Positions 1-9,601 of a DNA stretch of 64,000 nt are shown one piece after another. Location of the stretch: contig CAZLVL010000005.1 in assembly GCA_964563155.1 (NCBI GenBank), forward strand, positions 7,367 through 71,366, in the 5' to 3' direction. Below the pieces are notes generated by a model. The model was given only the letters and a program-made list of their open reading frames with translations, was not told the DNA's origin and searched no databases. The first letter of the stretch is position 1. Each line of letters starts with the position of its first letter. The stretch is from an uncultured Clostridiaceae bacterium. Its GTDB lineage: Bacteria; Bacillota; Clostridia; DUPQ01. The position numbers and the translations under genes were made by a program.

Positions 1-624
1 GGGTTCCACTGCAACTATTTCTACATCTTTTCCCATTTTCTTAAAATATCTAGCACAGCCTGTAATGGTACCACCGGTTCCAACCCCTGCAACAAAGATA
101 TCTAAATCCCCTTCCATATCTTCAAATATTTCTTTACCTGTGGTGTTTTCATGGATTAAGGGATTGTAGGGATTTTCAAACTGCCATACTTTAAAGGCAT
201 CTTCAAATTCCATGGCCTTTTCTATGGAGCCCTTCATACCTCTTGAGCCTTCGGTTAGAATAACCTTTGCTCCAAAGGCTTCTAGTATCATTACTCTTTC
301 TTTACTAACGCTTTCAGGCATACAAATAATTAGTTCATAATCTAGTCTGGCACAAATCATGGCTAAGGCTATTCCAGTATTGCCACTGGTTGCTTCAACT
401 ATGCTTATCTTTCTACCCTCTTCAAGATATCTTATATATCTTTCATCTTGTTTCAGGCTCTCTACTAAAGAATAGGCGGTTCTGTCCTTTACAGAACCTG
501 CAGGGTTGAAGCTTTCTATTTTAGCAAATAGTCTTGCTTTAAGATTGTATTTTTCTTCTATAGCCTTTAGTTCAACCAAGGGAGTCTTCCCTATGAGTTC
601 TAAAATGTGATTATAAACTGTCAT
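1..624 (-). CDS. cysK: Cysteine synthase A (O-acetylserine sulfhydrylase). N-terminal ~208 aa; C-terminus lies beyond the window edge.
   Basis: Minus-strand ATG at 624-622 with a GGAGG about 10 nt upstream. Translation MTVYNHILELIGKTPLVELK...SVKDRTAY...TSGNTGIALA has the PLP-lysine motif. ORF runs off the window edge. Confidence 0.75.
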   Translation of the reverse strand, partial: MTVYNHILELIGKTPLVELKAIEEKYNLKARLFAKIESFNPAGSVKDRTAYSLVESLKQDERYIRYLEEGRKISIVEATSGNTGIALAMICARLDYELIICMPESVSKERVMILEAFGAKVILTEGSRGMKGSIEKAMEFEDAFKVWQFENPYNPLIHENTTGKEIFEDMEGDLDIFVAGVGTGGTITGCARYFKKMGKDVEIVAVEP

Positions 625-1669
625 GTATTATACCTCCGCCTAATAAAGAATCTTCTTGATAAAAGACAGCCGACTGTCCATTTACAGCTGCTCTTACAGG
701 GGATAAAAAGTCCACCTTTATTTTATCAGCTTGTTTGTATATTATAGCATCGGTTTCTTTCATTGTATTACGTATTTTAACCTTAACAGGTGTGGGAGAA
801 TCTAAATCATCTACCATTATTAAGTTGACTTTATCCACCAAGATACTAGATGTAAATAGGTCTTGTTCATCACCTAAAATTACCTTGTTCTTTTTTGCAT
901 CCTTTTTTATTACATACATCCTTTTATTAAAGCCCTTACCCAGTCCTCTTCTTTGGCCTGGTGTGTAGTGAATGTGATGGCTTCCCTGGCCCAGTGGATT
1001 ACCTTGCATATCTTCAAAGGTACAGTGGTCAAAAACATCCTTTTGGGTTCTTTTTATAAAGTCTGTATAGTCCATTTCTTTTATGAAACAGATGTCTTGA
1101 GAATCTTTTTTTTCTGAGACCTCCAAGCCTAAATCCTTGGCAATGCTTCTAACCTCTTCTTTTTCCACATTCCATAGGGGCAAAATTATTCTAGATAATT
1201 GTTTTTGGGTCAGTCTATAGAGAAAATAGGATTGATCCTTGTTTAAATCTTTAGCCTTTTTTAATATATACCTATCACTTTTATTATCATAAAGGACTTG
1301 AGAATAATGACCTGTGGCTACAAAGTCAATTTTTTCCTTATCTGCCTTATCAATTAGGTTTTTAAACTTAAAAATCTGGTTACAAAGAACACAAGGATTG
1401 GGAATCTCTCCTTTTAGATAAGAGTCCACAAAATATGAGGTAACATCATTGTTGAATTCCTTAGTAAGATTCTCAACAAACAAGGGTATTTCTAATTTAT
1501 CACAAATCTTTTGAGCTTCTTTAGCTGCTTCTATTTGGTTATCAGAAAGGACAAAGGTTATGCCATATACATCATAGCCTTGTAATTTTAAGAGGTAACT
1601 TGTTACAGCTGAATCTACCCCTCCAGACATGCCAACCAATACTTTTTTCTTCACTTTATTTTCACTCAT
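611..1669 (-). CDS. mnmA: tRNA-specific 2-thiouridylase MnmA
   Basis: N-terminal PP-loop VLVGMSGGVDSAVTSYLL and overall MnmA/TrmU architecture (352 aa). Overlaps cysK start by 14 nt. Confidence 0.9.
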   Translation of the reverse strand: MSENKVKKKVLVGMSGGVDSAVTSYLLKLQGYDVYGITFVLSDNQIEAAKEAQKICDKLEIPLFVENLTKEFNNDVTSYFVDSYLKGEIPNPCVLCNQIFKFKNLIDKADKEKIDFVATGHYSQVLYDNKSDRYILKKAKDLNKDQSYFLYRLTQKQLSRIILPLWNVEKEEVRSIAKDLGLEVSEKKDSQDICFIKEMDYTDFIKRTQKDVFDHCTFEDMQGNPLGQGSHHIHYTPGQRRGLGKGFNKRMYVIKKDAKKNKVILGDEQDLFTSSILVDKVNLIMVDDLDSPTPVKVKIRNTMKETDAIIYKQADKIKVDFLSPVRAAVNGQSAVFYQEDSLLGGGIIHDSL

Positions 1670-1698
1670 TTTTTTCTTCCAATCTGCCTGTCAATATC

Positions 1699-3111
1699 CT
1701 AGGAGATTTTTACCTTCTTTACCACATTGCCATAAGACAGGTTATACACAACCTTTTTTGCAGCCTCATAAGAATATTCACCTTGGTCAACCCACTTACC
1801 TAAAACAGAAGAAAGTATTCTTCTAAAGTAGTCATGTCTAGCATAGGACAAGAAACTTCTAGAATCAGTTAGCATACCTAGGGTCATTCCTAAGGAAGTT
1901 AAAGAAGCCACCTTTCTCAGGTTCTCCTCTATACCATCTAAATGGTCCATGTGCCACCAGGCAGCTCCAAATAGGACCTTTCTAAAGGCACCTGCTACAG
2001 TTAGGGCTTGGTAGTAGGAAGAAGGATTTAAGATGTATAGAATGCTTGGTGCTAAATTATCATCTTGGTCCATCTTGTCTAGAAGATTAGCTAAAGCTCT
2101 TGCATCTAAGCCATTAGCACTTACATCAAAGCCAGCATCTGGACCAATTTCTTCAAACATTCTAGTATTGGCATTTCTAAGGACCCCAGTGTGAATTTGT
2201 TGGGTAATATCTCTTTTTTTATATTCTTTTGATAAAAAGACATATAGGTAGCCTAAAAACTTAAAGTAGTTTTTATCTTCCACATCTTTACCTGCTAAAG
2301 TATCTTTAAAGACCTTGTTAGCTATATCATAGGTAAAATCAGCATCTGGAAAATACTGTATACCTACATCCGACATGGTGGCTCCACTTTCTGCAAAGAA
2401 ATCCATTCTATTTACTAAGGCTTGAGAAAGACTATCTAGGTCACTTATCTCAATCTCACTAACCTTACTTAATTTTTCAATATATTCTTTATAGCCCTTG
2501 TTTCTTATGAGCATTACATTGTCTGTTCTAAAGGTGGGCATAACTAAAGTTTTAAAAGACTTATCTTCTTTTAAAAGCCTATGGTATTTTAAGTCATCTA
2601 TAATATCATCGGTGGTTCCAATATATGTAACCTTGGCTTGTTCAATTAACTTTCTAGGACTAAGCTTTTCTCTTTTTATATAGTCATTGGCTTTTTCCCA
2701 GATAAGATCTGCGTTTTCTTGGTTTAATTCCAAATCTATATGGAAAAATTGCTTTAATTCCATATGAGACCAATGATAAAGAGGATTACCTGGTGAGTTT
2801 TCTATAGCTTTTGCATATTCTAAAAATTTCTCCTTATGACTGGCCTTACCTGTAATATATTTTTCATCTATATTATTGGCTCTCATAAGTCTCCACTTAT
2901 AGTGGTCTCCATCTAGCCACATTTGACCAATATTATCAAAAGGCAAATCCTCATAAATCTCTTTAGGACTTAAATGGCAGTGGTAATCAATAATTGGTAA
3001 ATCCTTTGCTACTTCTAAATAGAGTTTTTCTCCACTTTTCGAATAAATGTATTTTATATTATTCATATTATTAGTATTATTCATGGTACTCATAGTATTA
3101 GTATTAGTCAT
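1699..3111 (-). CDS. uxaC: Uronate (glucuronate) isomerase with an N/T-rich low-complexity N-terminal extension
   Basis: Conserved UxaC blocks IIDYHCHL, GDHYKWRLMR, GNPLYHWSHMEL, LTDSRSFLSYARHDYFRRIL. ATG at 3111 has an AAGGA RBS. The first 16 codons are (AAT/ACT)-rich repeats, so the start could instead be Met16 (~3066). Confidence 0.85.
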   Translation of the reverse strand: MTNTNTMSTMNNTNNMNNIKYIYSKSGEKLYLEVAKDLPIIDYHCHLSPKEIYEDLPFDNIGQMWLDGDHYKWRLMRANNIDEKYITGKASHKEKFLEYAKAIENSPGNPLYHWSHMELKQFFHIDLELNQENADLIWEKANDYIKREKLSPRKLIEQAKVTYIGTTDDIIDDLKYHRLLKEDKSFKTLVMPTFRTDNVMLIRNKGYKEYIEKLSKVSEIEISDLDSLSQALVNRMDFFAESGATMSDVGIQYFPDADFTYDIANKVFKDTLAGKDVEDKNYFKFLGYLYVFLSKEYKKRDITQQIHTGVLRNANTRMFEEIGPDAGFDVSANGLDARALANLLDKMDQDDNLAPSILYILNPSSYYQALTVAGAFRKVLFGAAWWHMDHLDGIEENLRKVASLTSLGMTLGMLTDSRSFLSYARHDYFRRILSSVLGKWVDQGEYSYEAAKKVVYNLSYGNVVKKVKIS

Positions 3112-3736
3112 AATTATTTTCCTTTTCTACCAGATGGTTTTGTACTCTTTGTATTATCATATCTAGGGCTACTAAGTTGTGGCCTCCTTCTAGGACAATT
3201 ATATCAGCCTTTCTTTTAGAGGGCTCCACAAAGGCCTCATGCATGGGCTTTACTGTGGAAAGATACTGGGTTATTACAGAATCTAAGTCTCTGGCTCTTT
3301 CTTTTACATCTCTTAGGATTCTTCTTAAGATACGGACATCTGGATCTGTATCTACATATATCCTTATATCCATCAAGTCTAGAAGCTCTGTATCATGAAA
3401 AACTAAAATCCCTTCAATTATAATCACAGGAGCAGATTTTATAGTTCTAGTTTCTTTTGTTCTAGTATGTTCAGTGTAGGAATAGACAGGACATTCAATA
3501 CTTTTACCCTCTTTTAGCATTTTTATATGCTCAATTAAAAGGTCAGTATCAAAGGAGTCTGGATGGTCATAGTTGGTTTTAATTCTTTCATCAAATGGCA
3601 TATGGTCTTGATTCTTGTAGTAATTGTCATGGGTTACTACACTAATACTGTAGGGAAACTTTTCCTTTAACCTATTGGTTAAGGTTGTCTTTCCGCTTCC
3701 TGTACCTCCAGCAATTCCAATTATCAAAACACTCAT
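3104..3736 (-). CDS. udk: Uridine kinase
   Basis: P-loop IGIAGGTGSGKTT and uridine kinase family length (210 aa). Stop overlaps uxaC start by 8 nt. Confidence 0.9.
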   Translation of the reverse strand: MSVLIIGIAGGTGSGKTTLTNRLKEKFPYSISVVTHDNYYKNQDHMPFDERIKTNYDHPDSFDTDLLIEHIKMLKEGKSIECPVYSYTEHTRTKETRTIKSAPVIIIEGILVFHDTELLDLMDIRIYVDTDPDVRILRRILRDVKERARDLDSVITQYLSTVKPMHEAFVEPSKRKADIIVLEGGHNLVALDMIIQRVQNHLVEKENNYD

Positions 3737-3749
3737 AATTACTCCTTAT

Positions 3750-4232
3750 TTAAGAATCATTCTCCTCTATTATATCATTTGGTCCATAAAATCCATCTGG
3801 ATCTACATATTCTAAGGCTCTTTCATAAACCCTATATTTCTCCGATATTAAAAAGACCCTCTTTGTACCATCAAAACGAGTTACTAAGTATATATCCATA
3901 TTATTTGGGTTAGCTTTAATTATCTCAAAATAATTGTCATCATTTACTTCAACTTTTAATAATAACTCTTTACCATTTTTAAGAGGTAAATATATTCTTT
4001 TTCTTTCTGTTATTGTTAAAAGTCTACTGCACATAACTTCGAAGTTATAGCGGTTGAGTTGGACATAATAGTCATCTGTCTTTGCCCTAGCCTGGTCTTG
4101 TATACCTGCATTTATAAAGGTGACCACCTGCTTTTCATATCTAAAATAATCTATCCTGGTATTTACCAAAAACCCTAAAAAAACAAGGGCAGCAACAAAC
4201 AATATTAATATAGTCCACATCAAATATTTCAT
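3750..4232 (-). CDS. Hypothetical membrane-anchored protein (single N-terminal TM helix, 160 aa)
   Basis: ORF with N-terminal hydrophobic helix. No recognisable motif. Confidence 0.45.
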   Translation of the reverse strand: MKYLMWTILILFVAALVFLGFLVNTRIDYFRYEKQVVTFINAGIQDQARAKTDDYYVQLNRYNFEVMCSRLLTITERKRIYLPLKNGKELLLKVEVNDDNYFEIIKANPNNMDIYLVTRFDGTKRVFLISEKYRVYERALEYVDPDGFYGPNDIIEENDS

Positions 4233-4242
4233 ATCTATCTAT

Positions 4243-4491
4243 TTACCTAAACCAAACATGAATACTAAACAAAATAAAGAGAAGTAAACCAAGTATAAAA
4301 ATCAAAGCAACACTTAAGCCTGCTAAAACCGAGTAAAAGCTCACTCTTATAGTTTCTTTTCTGCTTAAGGGCTGCCTATTTGAATCTTGAGAAGCTGGGT
4401 TACCAAGACCATCTTGGTACCAAGGCATACCCTCCACATTCATGGGGGCTACTACTCTTCCATCATCTTCAAATTTTTTCTTCTTTTTCAT
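4243..4491 (-). CDS. Small hypothetical membrane protein (82 aa, C-terminal TM helix)
   Basis: ORF whose start overlaps the oppF stop. C-terminal hydrophobic segment LAGLSVALIFILGLLLFILF. Confidence 0.4.
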   Translation of the reverse strand: MKKKKKFEDDGRVVAPMNVEGMPWYQDGLGNPASQDSNRQPLSRKETIRVSFYSVLAGLSVALIFILGLLLFILFSIHVWFR

Positions 4492-5507
4492 TACTTATCA
4501 TATAAATGGCAACAGACCACATGACCATTACCCATATCCTTAGGAGCTGGATCTTCTACCTTGCATCTGTCAAATACATATCTGCATCGGGTATGGAATT
4601 TGCATCCTGATGGTGGATTAGCTGGTGAAGGTATCGAGCCTTCCAATATGATTCTGTTCATCTTATGACCTGGATCGGGTACAGGAATTGCACTAAACAA
4701 GGCCTGTGTGTAGGGGTGTAGAGGATCTTTAAAAATCTGCACCTTATCCCCTGTTTCTACAAGAGAACCTAAATACATAACTCCGATGGTATCGGATATA
4801 TGTTCTACAACCGATAAGTCATGGGAAATAAAGAGGTATGTAAGGTCAAATTCTTCTTGTAAATCCATTAAAAGATTAATAATTTGGGCCTGTATTGAAA
4901 CGTCCAATGCTGAAACAGGCTCATCACAAACAACAAACTCTGGATTAAGAGCAAGTGCTCTAGCTATACAGATTCTTTGTCTTTGTCCACCTGAAAATTC
5001 ATGGGGATATCTATCTTTGTGATAGGGCTGTAGGCCACAAGACTGCATAATTTTATTTATATAGTCATCATACTGGTCTTCAGGAACAATTTTATGCTCT
5101 CTAACAGCTTCTCCAATAATCTCCCCTATGGGTAATCTGGGAGATAAGGAGGAATAGGGATCTTGGAAGATGATTTGCATCTTAGGTCTCATAGCATCCA
5201 TTTCTTTTTTAGGTAAATCAAAAACTGATTGTCCTTCAAAAAAGACTTCGCCATCTGTGTGAGGTGTTAAACGTAAAAGAGTTCTACCAACCGTAGTTTT
5301 ACCACAGCCTGACTCTCCTACCAAACCCATGGTTTGGCCTTTTTTAATATTAAAAGAAATTCCATCCACTGCTTTAACATAATTTGTTACTCTGGAAAAG
5401 ACTCCAGTTTTAATTGGATAATAGGTCTTTAGAGCATTTACTTGGAGCAAATATTCTTTATCTGGTGTTATGGGCTTAAAGCTTTTACTTGTCTTTTTTG
5501 CCGCCAT
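4491..5507 (-). CDS. oppF: Oligopeptide ABC transporter ATP-binding protein OppF
   Basis: Walker [13 protein letters not shown] signature LSGGQRQR, and a C-terminal Cys-rich oligopeptide-ABC domain. Confidence 0.85.
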   Translation of the reverse strand: MAAKKTSKSFKPITPDKEYLLQVNALKTYYPIKTGVFSRVTNYVKAVDGISFNIKKGQTMGLVGESGCGKTTVGRTLLRLTPHTDGEVFFEGQSVFDLPKKEMDAMRPKMQIIFQDPYSSLSPRLPIGEIIGEAVREHKIVPEDQYDDYINKIMQSCGLQPYHKDRYPHEFSGGQRQRICIARALALNPEFVVCDEPVSALDVSIQAQIINLLMDLQEEFDLTYLFISHDLSVVEHISDTIGVMYLGSLVETGDKVQIFKDPLHPYTQALFSAIPVPDPGHKMNRIILEGSIPSPANPPSGCKFHTRCRYVFDRCKVEDPAPKDMGNGHVVCCHLYDK

Positions 5508-6671
5508 TTATTTTACCTCCTGGTCATAATAGAGATAACAAGAGACATAATGGGTGTCTGATAGTTTAATCTCTCTGGGGTAGGGACCTTCACAGGCTTC
5601 AAAAGCCTTGGAGCAACGGTCCTTGAAGTAGCAATAGTTAGGCATGTTTATAGGGTTGGGTACATTACCAGATATACTGTATAGGCGATCAACCTTTCTG
5701 TTAACAACTGGTTTACTTTCCATTAATCCAACAGTGTAAGGGTGTTTTGCTCTATTGAATATATCATCAGCAGTTCCCTTTTCTACAACTTTACCTGCAT
5801 ACATTACTACAACTATATCAGCCATTTCTGCAATAACTCCTAGGTCATGGGTTATTAACATAATGGAACTATTTATCTTATCTTTTAAGTTTCTTAAAAG
5901 GTCTAATATTTGAGCTTGAATGGTTACATCCAAGGCTGTTGTAGGTTCATCTGCAATAATCAAGGAAGGATTACAGGATAAGGCCATGGCTATCATGACT
6001 CTTTGTCTCATTCCACCTGATAACTCATGGGGATACATCTTGTATACACCTTCAGTGTTTGCAATTCCTACTAAATCTAGCATCTCAATGGTTCTTGACT
6101 TTATTTGTTCAGATGTCATTTTAGGATTGTGAAGTTGAATTACTTCATCAACTTGCTCACCAATTCTAAAAACGGGATTTAGGCTGGTCATGGGTTCTTG
6201 GAAAATCATGGAAATCATATTCCCACGAAGATTTTGCATAAACTCTGTGGGAGCTTTAGCAATATCATAAACTCCTTCACCACTGTTAAACCTAATCTCA
6301 CCTTCAACTATTTGGCCTTGGGGTCTTTGAACCAATTGCATAATAGAAAGACTGGTAATAGATTTTCCACAACCAGACTCACCAACAATACCTATGGTTT
6401 TTCCCTTTTCCACATCAAAAGAGGCTCCTGCTACCGCCTTAACAGTTCCTAGGTCTGTAAAGAAGTAGGTATGAAGGTTATCAACCTCTAATACATTCTT
6501 AGGATCTCTCATGGTAGTAGTATATTCTTCTACAGGAACATTCTTCCTATTCTTAATCTTTTCTAGTCTATCGGTAATCCGTCTATTTTCTCTGGAAATA
6601 GCCCTAGATTCCTTAGCTGTAAGATAGTTTAAGTCCTTTATTTTCTTTTCACTTTTATTCTTAAAATTCAT
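5508..6671 (-). CDS. oppD: Oligopeptide ABC transporter ATP-binding protein OppD, with ~60 aa basic N-terminal extension
   Basis: Walker A GESGCGKS and signature LSGGMRQR. Sits between oppC and oppF. Confidence 0.85.
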   Translation of the reverse strand: MNFKNKSEKKIKDLNYLTAKESRAISRENRRITDRLEKIKNRKNVPVEEYTTTMRDPKNVLEVDNLHTYFFTDLGTVKAVAGASFDVEKGKTIGIVGESGCGKSITSLSIMQLVQRPQGQIVEGEIRFNSGEGVYDIAKAPTEFMQNLRGNMISMIFQEPMTSLNPVFRIGEQVDEVIQLHNPKMTSEQIKSRTIEMLDLVGIANTEGVYKMYPHELSGGMRQRVMIAMALSCNPSLIIADEPTTALDVTIQAQILDLLRNLKDKINSSIMLITHDLGVIAEMADIVVVMYAGKVVEKGTADDIFNRAKHPYTVGLMESKPVVNRKVDRLYSISGNVPNPINMPNYCYFKDRCSKAFEACEGPYPREIKLSDTHYVSCYLYYDQEVK

Positions 6672-6680
6672 TCTTTCTAC

Positions 6681-8474
6681 CTATCTTTTCATTTTGGGGT
6701 CAAAAGCATCCCTTAGTCCGTCACCCACAAAGTTAAAGCCCAAAACGGTTATTAGAATAAGCATACCTGCTGGTATCCATACAAACCAGTAGTTTTGAAG
6801 CACATAGGAGTCGTTAACCGAGTTAACTATGTTACCCCAAGAAGCATAGGGATACTTAACTCCCAGGTTTAAGAAGCTCAAGGTTGCCTCTGTCAATATA
6901 ATTCCACCTAGGCTCATGGTTGCAAAAACAATAAGTTGGGGAATGACATTTGGTACTAAATGCTTAAATATTCTTCTAGTAACCGATAAGCCTGTAGCTT
7001 CATTGGCTACCATAAATTCTTGCTCACGCAAGGATAAAATCTGGCCACGAACCACCCTAGCAATACCTGGCCAACCAGTAACACCTAGGATAACCATGAG
7101 CAGGTATATTCGCACCGCCGGCTCTAGTTTCATTGTATCCAAGGCAGCACCTAAAATAATGTAAAGAGGCATGGTAGGAATACAGTTAAATATCTCAACC
7201 AACCTCATTAGAAGTGTATCTATCCAACCACCAAAGTAACCAGATAAACCACCTAATACAATACCTATAACCATTTCAATTAAAACAACAACAAAACCTA
7301 TAGTTAAAGAAACTCTGCCACCATACATTAAACGAACCAGTAAATCCATACCAGAACCATCTGTTCCTAGGGGATGTTCCTTACTAGGAGAGGCATAGGT
7401 GTCAATAAGGTCTGTCATCTTGTCTGTCCTTATTACATATTCCCGGTCTTTTCTTTCAACAAGGTACTCTACATCGTTTCCATCTTTATCTTGGAACATA
7501 AAAGATTTGTCTCCTTGAAGCATAGCCTCTTCTATAGCGTATCTAAAGTCAATAGATAAGAAAATGTCAGAAGAAACTGGTGTAATAATTATATTAGCTA
7601 TATTGACATAAGGTGAGCTTTGTCCATTTTCAACCTTGTGAATTGTCTTGATATTGTCTTCATACTCAATGTTGTACTGGGTATCCTGGTATACAAAGCC
7701 AGTCTCGCCTTTATTTATAGCTCTTTCAGAAAGGGCTTTAAAATCATAGCCTTGCTCGTCATTTTGATTGTAAAAACTATATATGTTCTTGGACAAGATA
7801 CCATACTCTTCACCTTCATAAATAATACATTCTCTTCTTTTTAAATCTATGAAGTATTCTTCATCTTCATATTCAAAGAAGGTTCCCTTCTTTTCAATGG
7901 TTTCAATTACCATCTTTTCAAAGCTGGCTGAAAATGCATTATCGCTTTCATTTACAAAGAAATAGGAATCTAGGATAATATCAACCTTCCCTATTCTTTG
8001 AGAACCATAAATTAAATGAGTGTCCGCAGAAATAGTTTCAATGGTAAAAATAGTATCCACTCCATCTATTGGTGTTGTAAAGCTGGTTTGCTTGTCCTTT
8101 AGGGCTAGGGCAAAGGCAGCCTTATTCAAAGATGTAAAGGTTTTACCATCTTTAATGTCCTCATAGAAATTTTCATTTATGGTAGCACTTGCATAAATCG
8201 ATGAAGTAATCTCTTTTTTATAGAAGATCTTGGTTTCAGAATAAGGGTGTAAGGCTCCACCTACAAAAGAAAAGAGAAACATGACTAATATAATGATTAG
8301 ACCTGCAATGGCCAATCTATTTCTAATAAATCTTTTTGCAACCAGCATGGCTGGCGATAACATTTTAACCCTTTGTTCATCATCTAAAGAGGTGGAAGAG
8401 CTAACATGTTCATTTTCTAAATCAACTACTTCTTTTGGATCATCTGAAAATTTTTGATTATTTTTTTCGCTCAT
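6681..8474 (-). CDS. oppC: Oligopeptide ABC permease OppC, enlarged (597 aa) with ~300 aa extracytoplasmic insert
   Basis: The C-terminal ~280 aa matches the OppC/DppC permease pattern (EAA-like loop). A long hydrophilic region follows the first TM helix. Confidence 0.8.
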   Translation of the reverse strand: MSEKNNQKFSDDPKEVVDLENEHVSSSTSLDDEQRVKMLSPAMLVAKRFIRNRLAIAGLIIILVMFLFSFVGGALHPYSETKIFYKKEITSSIYASATINENFYEDIKDGKTFTSLNKAAFALALKDKQTSFTTPIDGVDTIFTIETISADTHLIYGSQRIGKVDIILDSYFFVNESDNAFSASFEKMVIETIEKKGTFFEYEDEEYFIDLKRRECIIYEGEEYGILSKNIYSFYNQNDEQGYDFKALSERAINKGETGFVYQDTQYNIEYEDNIKTIHKVENGQSSPYVNIANIIITPVSSDIFLSIDFRYAIEEAMLQGDKSFMFQDKDGNDVEYLVERKDREYVIRTDKMTDLIDTYASPSKEHPLGTDGSGMDLLVRLMYGGRVSLTIGFVVVLIEMVIGIVLGGLSGYFGGWIDTLLMRLVEIFNCIPTMPLYIILGAALDTMKLEPAVRIYLLMVILGVTGWPGIARVVRGQILSLREQEFMVANEATGLSVTRRIFKHLVPNVIPQLIVFATMSLGGIILTEATLSFLNLGVKYPYASWGNIVNSVNDSYVLQNYWFVWIPAGMLILITVLGFNFVGDGLRDAFDPKMKR

Positions 8475-8488
8475 TTTTATCCTCCTTC

Positions 8489-9478
8489 TTAGTTAATTCT
8501 GACCCTAGGGTCAACTACTGCATACAATATGTCAGAAATCAGGGTACCTATTAAGGTTAAGGCTGCTAAGAAGGTCATGTAGAACATGGAAAAAGGAATA
8601 TCTCCTCTAATCATAGCAGTATAGGCGGTTAGCCCAATTCCTGGAATATCAAATAATGTTTCGGTTATCATAGCACCTGCAAATAGTCCAGGAAGAGTTC
8701 CTCCGACTATGGTTACAATAGGTATTAGGGTGTTTCTAAAAGCATGCTTGTTTATAACCTTGCTTTCAGACAAGCCCTTGGCTCTTGCGGTTCTTATGTA
8801 ATCAGAATTCAGAACTTCTAACATGTTGGTGCGGGTGTACCTCATTAAAAATCCAATGCTTACAATGGTTAAAGTTAAAATAGGCAGGACATTATGAGAT
8901 GCAATATCAATAATCTTACCAAAAGAGGTTAACTGGTCATGATATCTACTTACCTTACCTATGGGTTCAAACCAGCCCAACTTATAGGCAAAACCTAGCT
9001 TTAAGAGAGTAGCAAAGAAAAAAGATGGTAAGGATATCCCAATTAGTGCAAAAACACTTATGGAATAGTCCAAACGACTATACTGTTTTCTTGCTGCAAT
9101 AATCCCTAAAGGAATTGCAATTATGAGCTCTAAAACCAAAGATACTGAACCTAGGATAAAAGAGTCCCAAATAACTATTTTAAATTTTTCTACTACTGGC
9201 ATATTATAGGCCCAAGAATCACCAAAGTTACCCTTAAAAAGTGAATCTTTTAACCAGCCAAAAAATCCTTTAATAACGTTCCCGTCAAGATGATATACCT
9301 TATTCAATTGTTCTAGCCATTCTGTATAACTTTTTCCGCCAGGCAAAGATGCTCTTTCTCTGGCAATGGCTTCAACATATGAGGTGGGAAGAGCGCGCAT
9401 TATCAAGTATATTATAAGCGACACAAAAAACAGTATTACTATACTCAATAATATACGTCTAACTAGAAACTTCCACAT
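8489..9478 (-). CDS. oppB: Oligopeptide ABC permease OppB
   Basis: Six-TM BPD-transporter permease with the typical OppB N-terminus MWKFLVRRILLSIV. Confidence 0.85.
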   Translation of the reverse strand: MWKFLVRRILLSIVILFFVSLIIYLIMRALPTSYVEAIARERASLPGGKSYTEWLEQLNKVYHLDGNVIKGFFGWLKDSLFKGNFGDSWAYNMPVVEKFKIVIWDSFILGSVSLVLELIIAIPLGIIAARKQYSRLDYSISVFALIGISLPSFFFATLLKLGFAYKLGWFEPIGKVSRYHDQLTSFGKIIDIASHNVLPILTLTIVSIGFLMRYTRTNMLEVLNSDYIRTARAKGLSESKVINKHAFRNTLIPIVTIVGGTLPGLFAGAMITETLFDIPGIGLTAYTAMIRGDIPFSMFYMTFLAALTLIGTLISDILYAVVDPRVRIN

Positions 9479-9552
9479 TAATTATGCTCCTTACTGATTT
9501 ACTATGACATATATTTTAGTTTTATCATAGTTTAAAATTTATTATACACATA

Positions 9553-9586
9553 AGGAAAGCCCACCGTCAACAGCGGGCTTTCCTTT
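9553..9586. promoter_or_regulatory. Strong intercistronic hairpin between oppA and oppB. Possible partial terminator or mRNA stabiliser with an embedded promoter-like element.
   Basis: Hairpin aaggaaagcccaccgtcaacagcgggctttcctt. On the coding (minus) strand it has no following U-tract. TTGACG (rc of 9565-9570), an 18-nt spacer, then TATAAT (rc of 9541-9546) could drive oppBCDF. Confidence 0.4.
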
Positions 9587-9601
9587 TTAGTTTGTTTTTT
9601 A

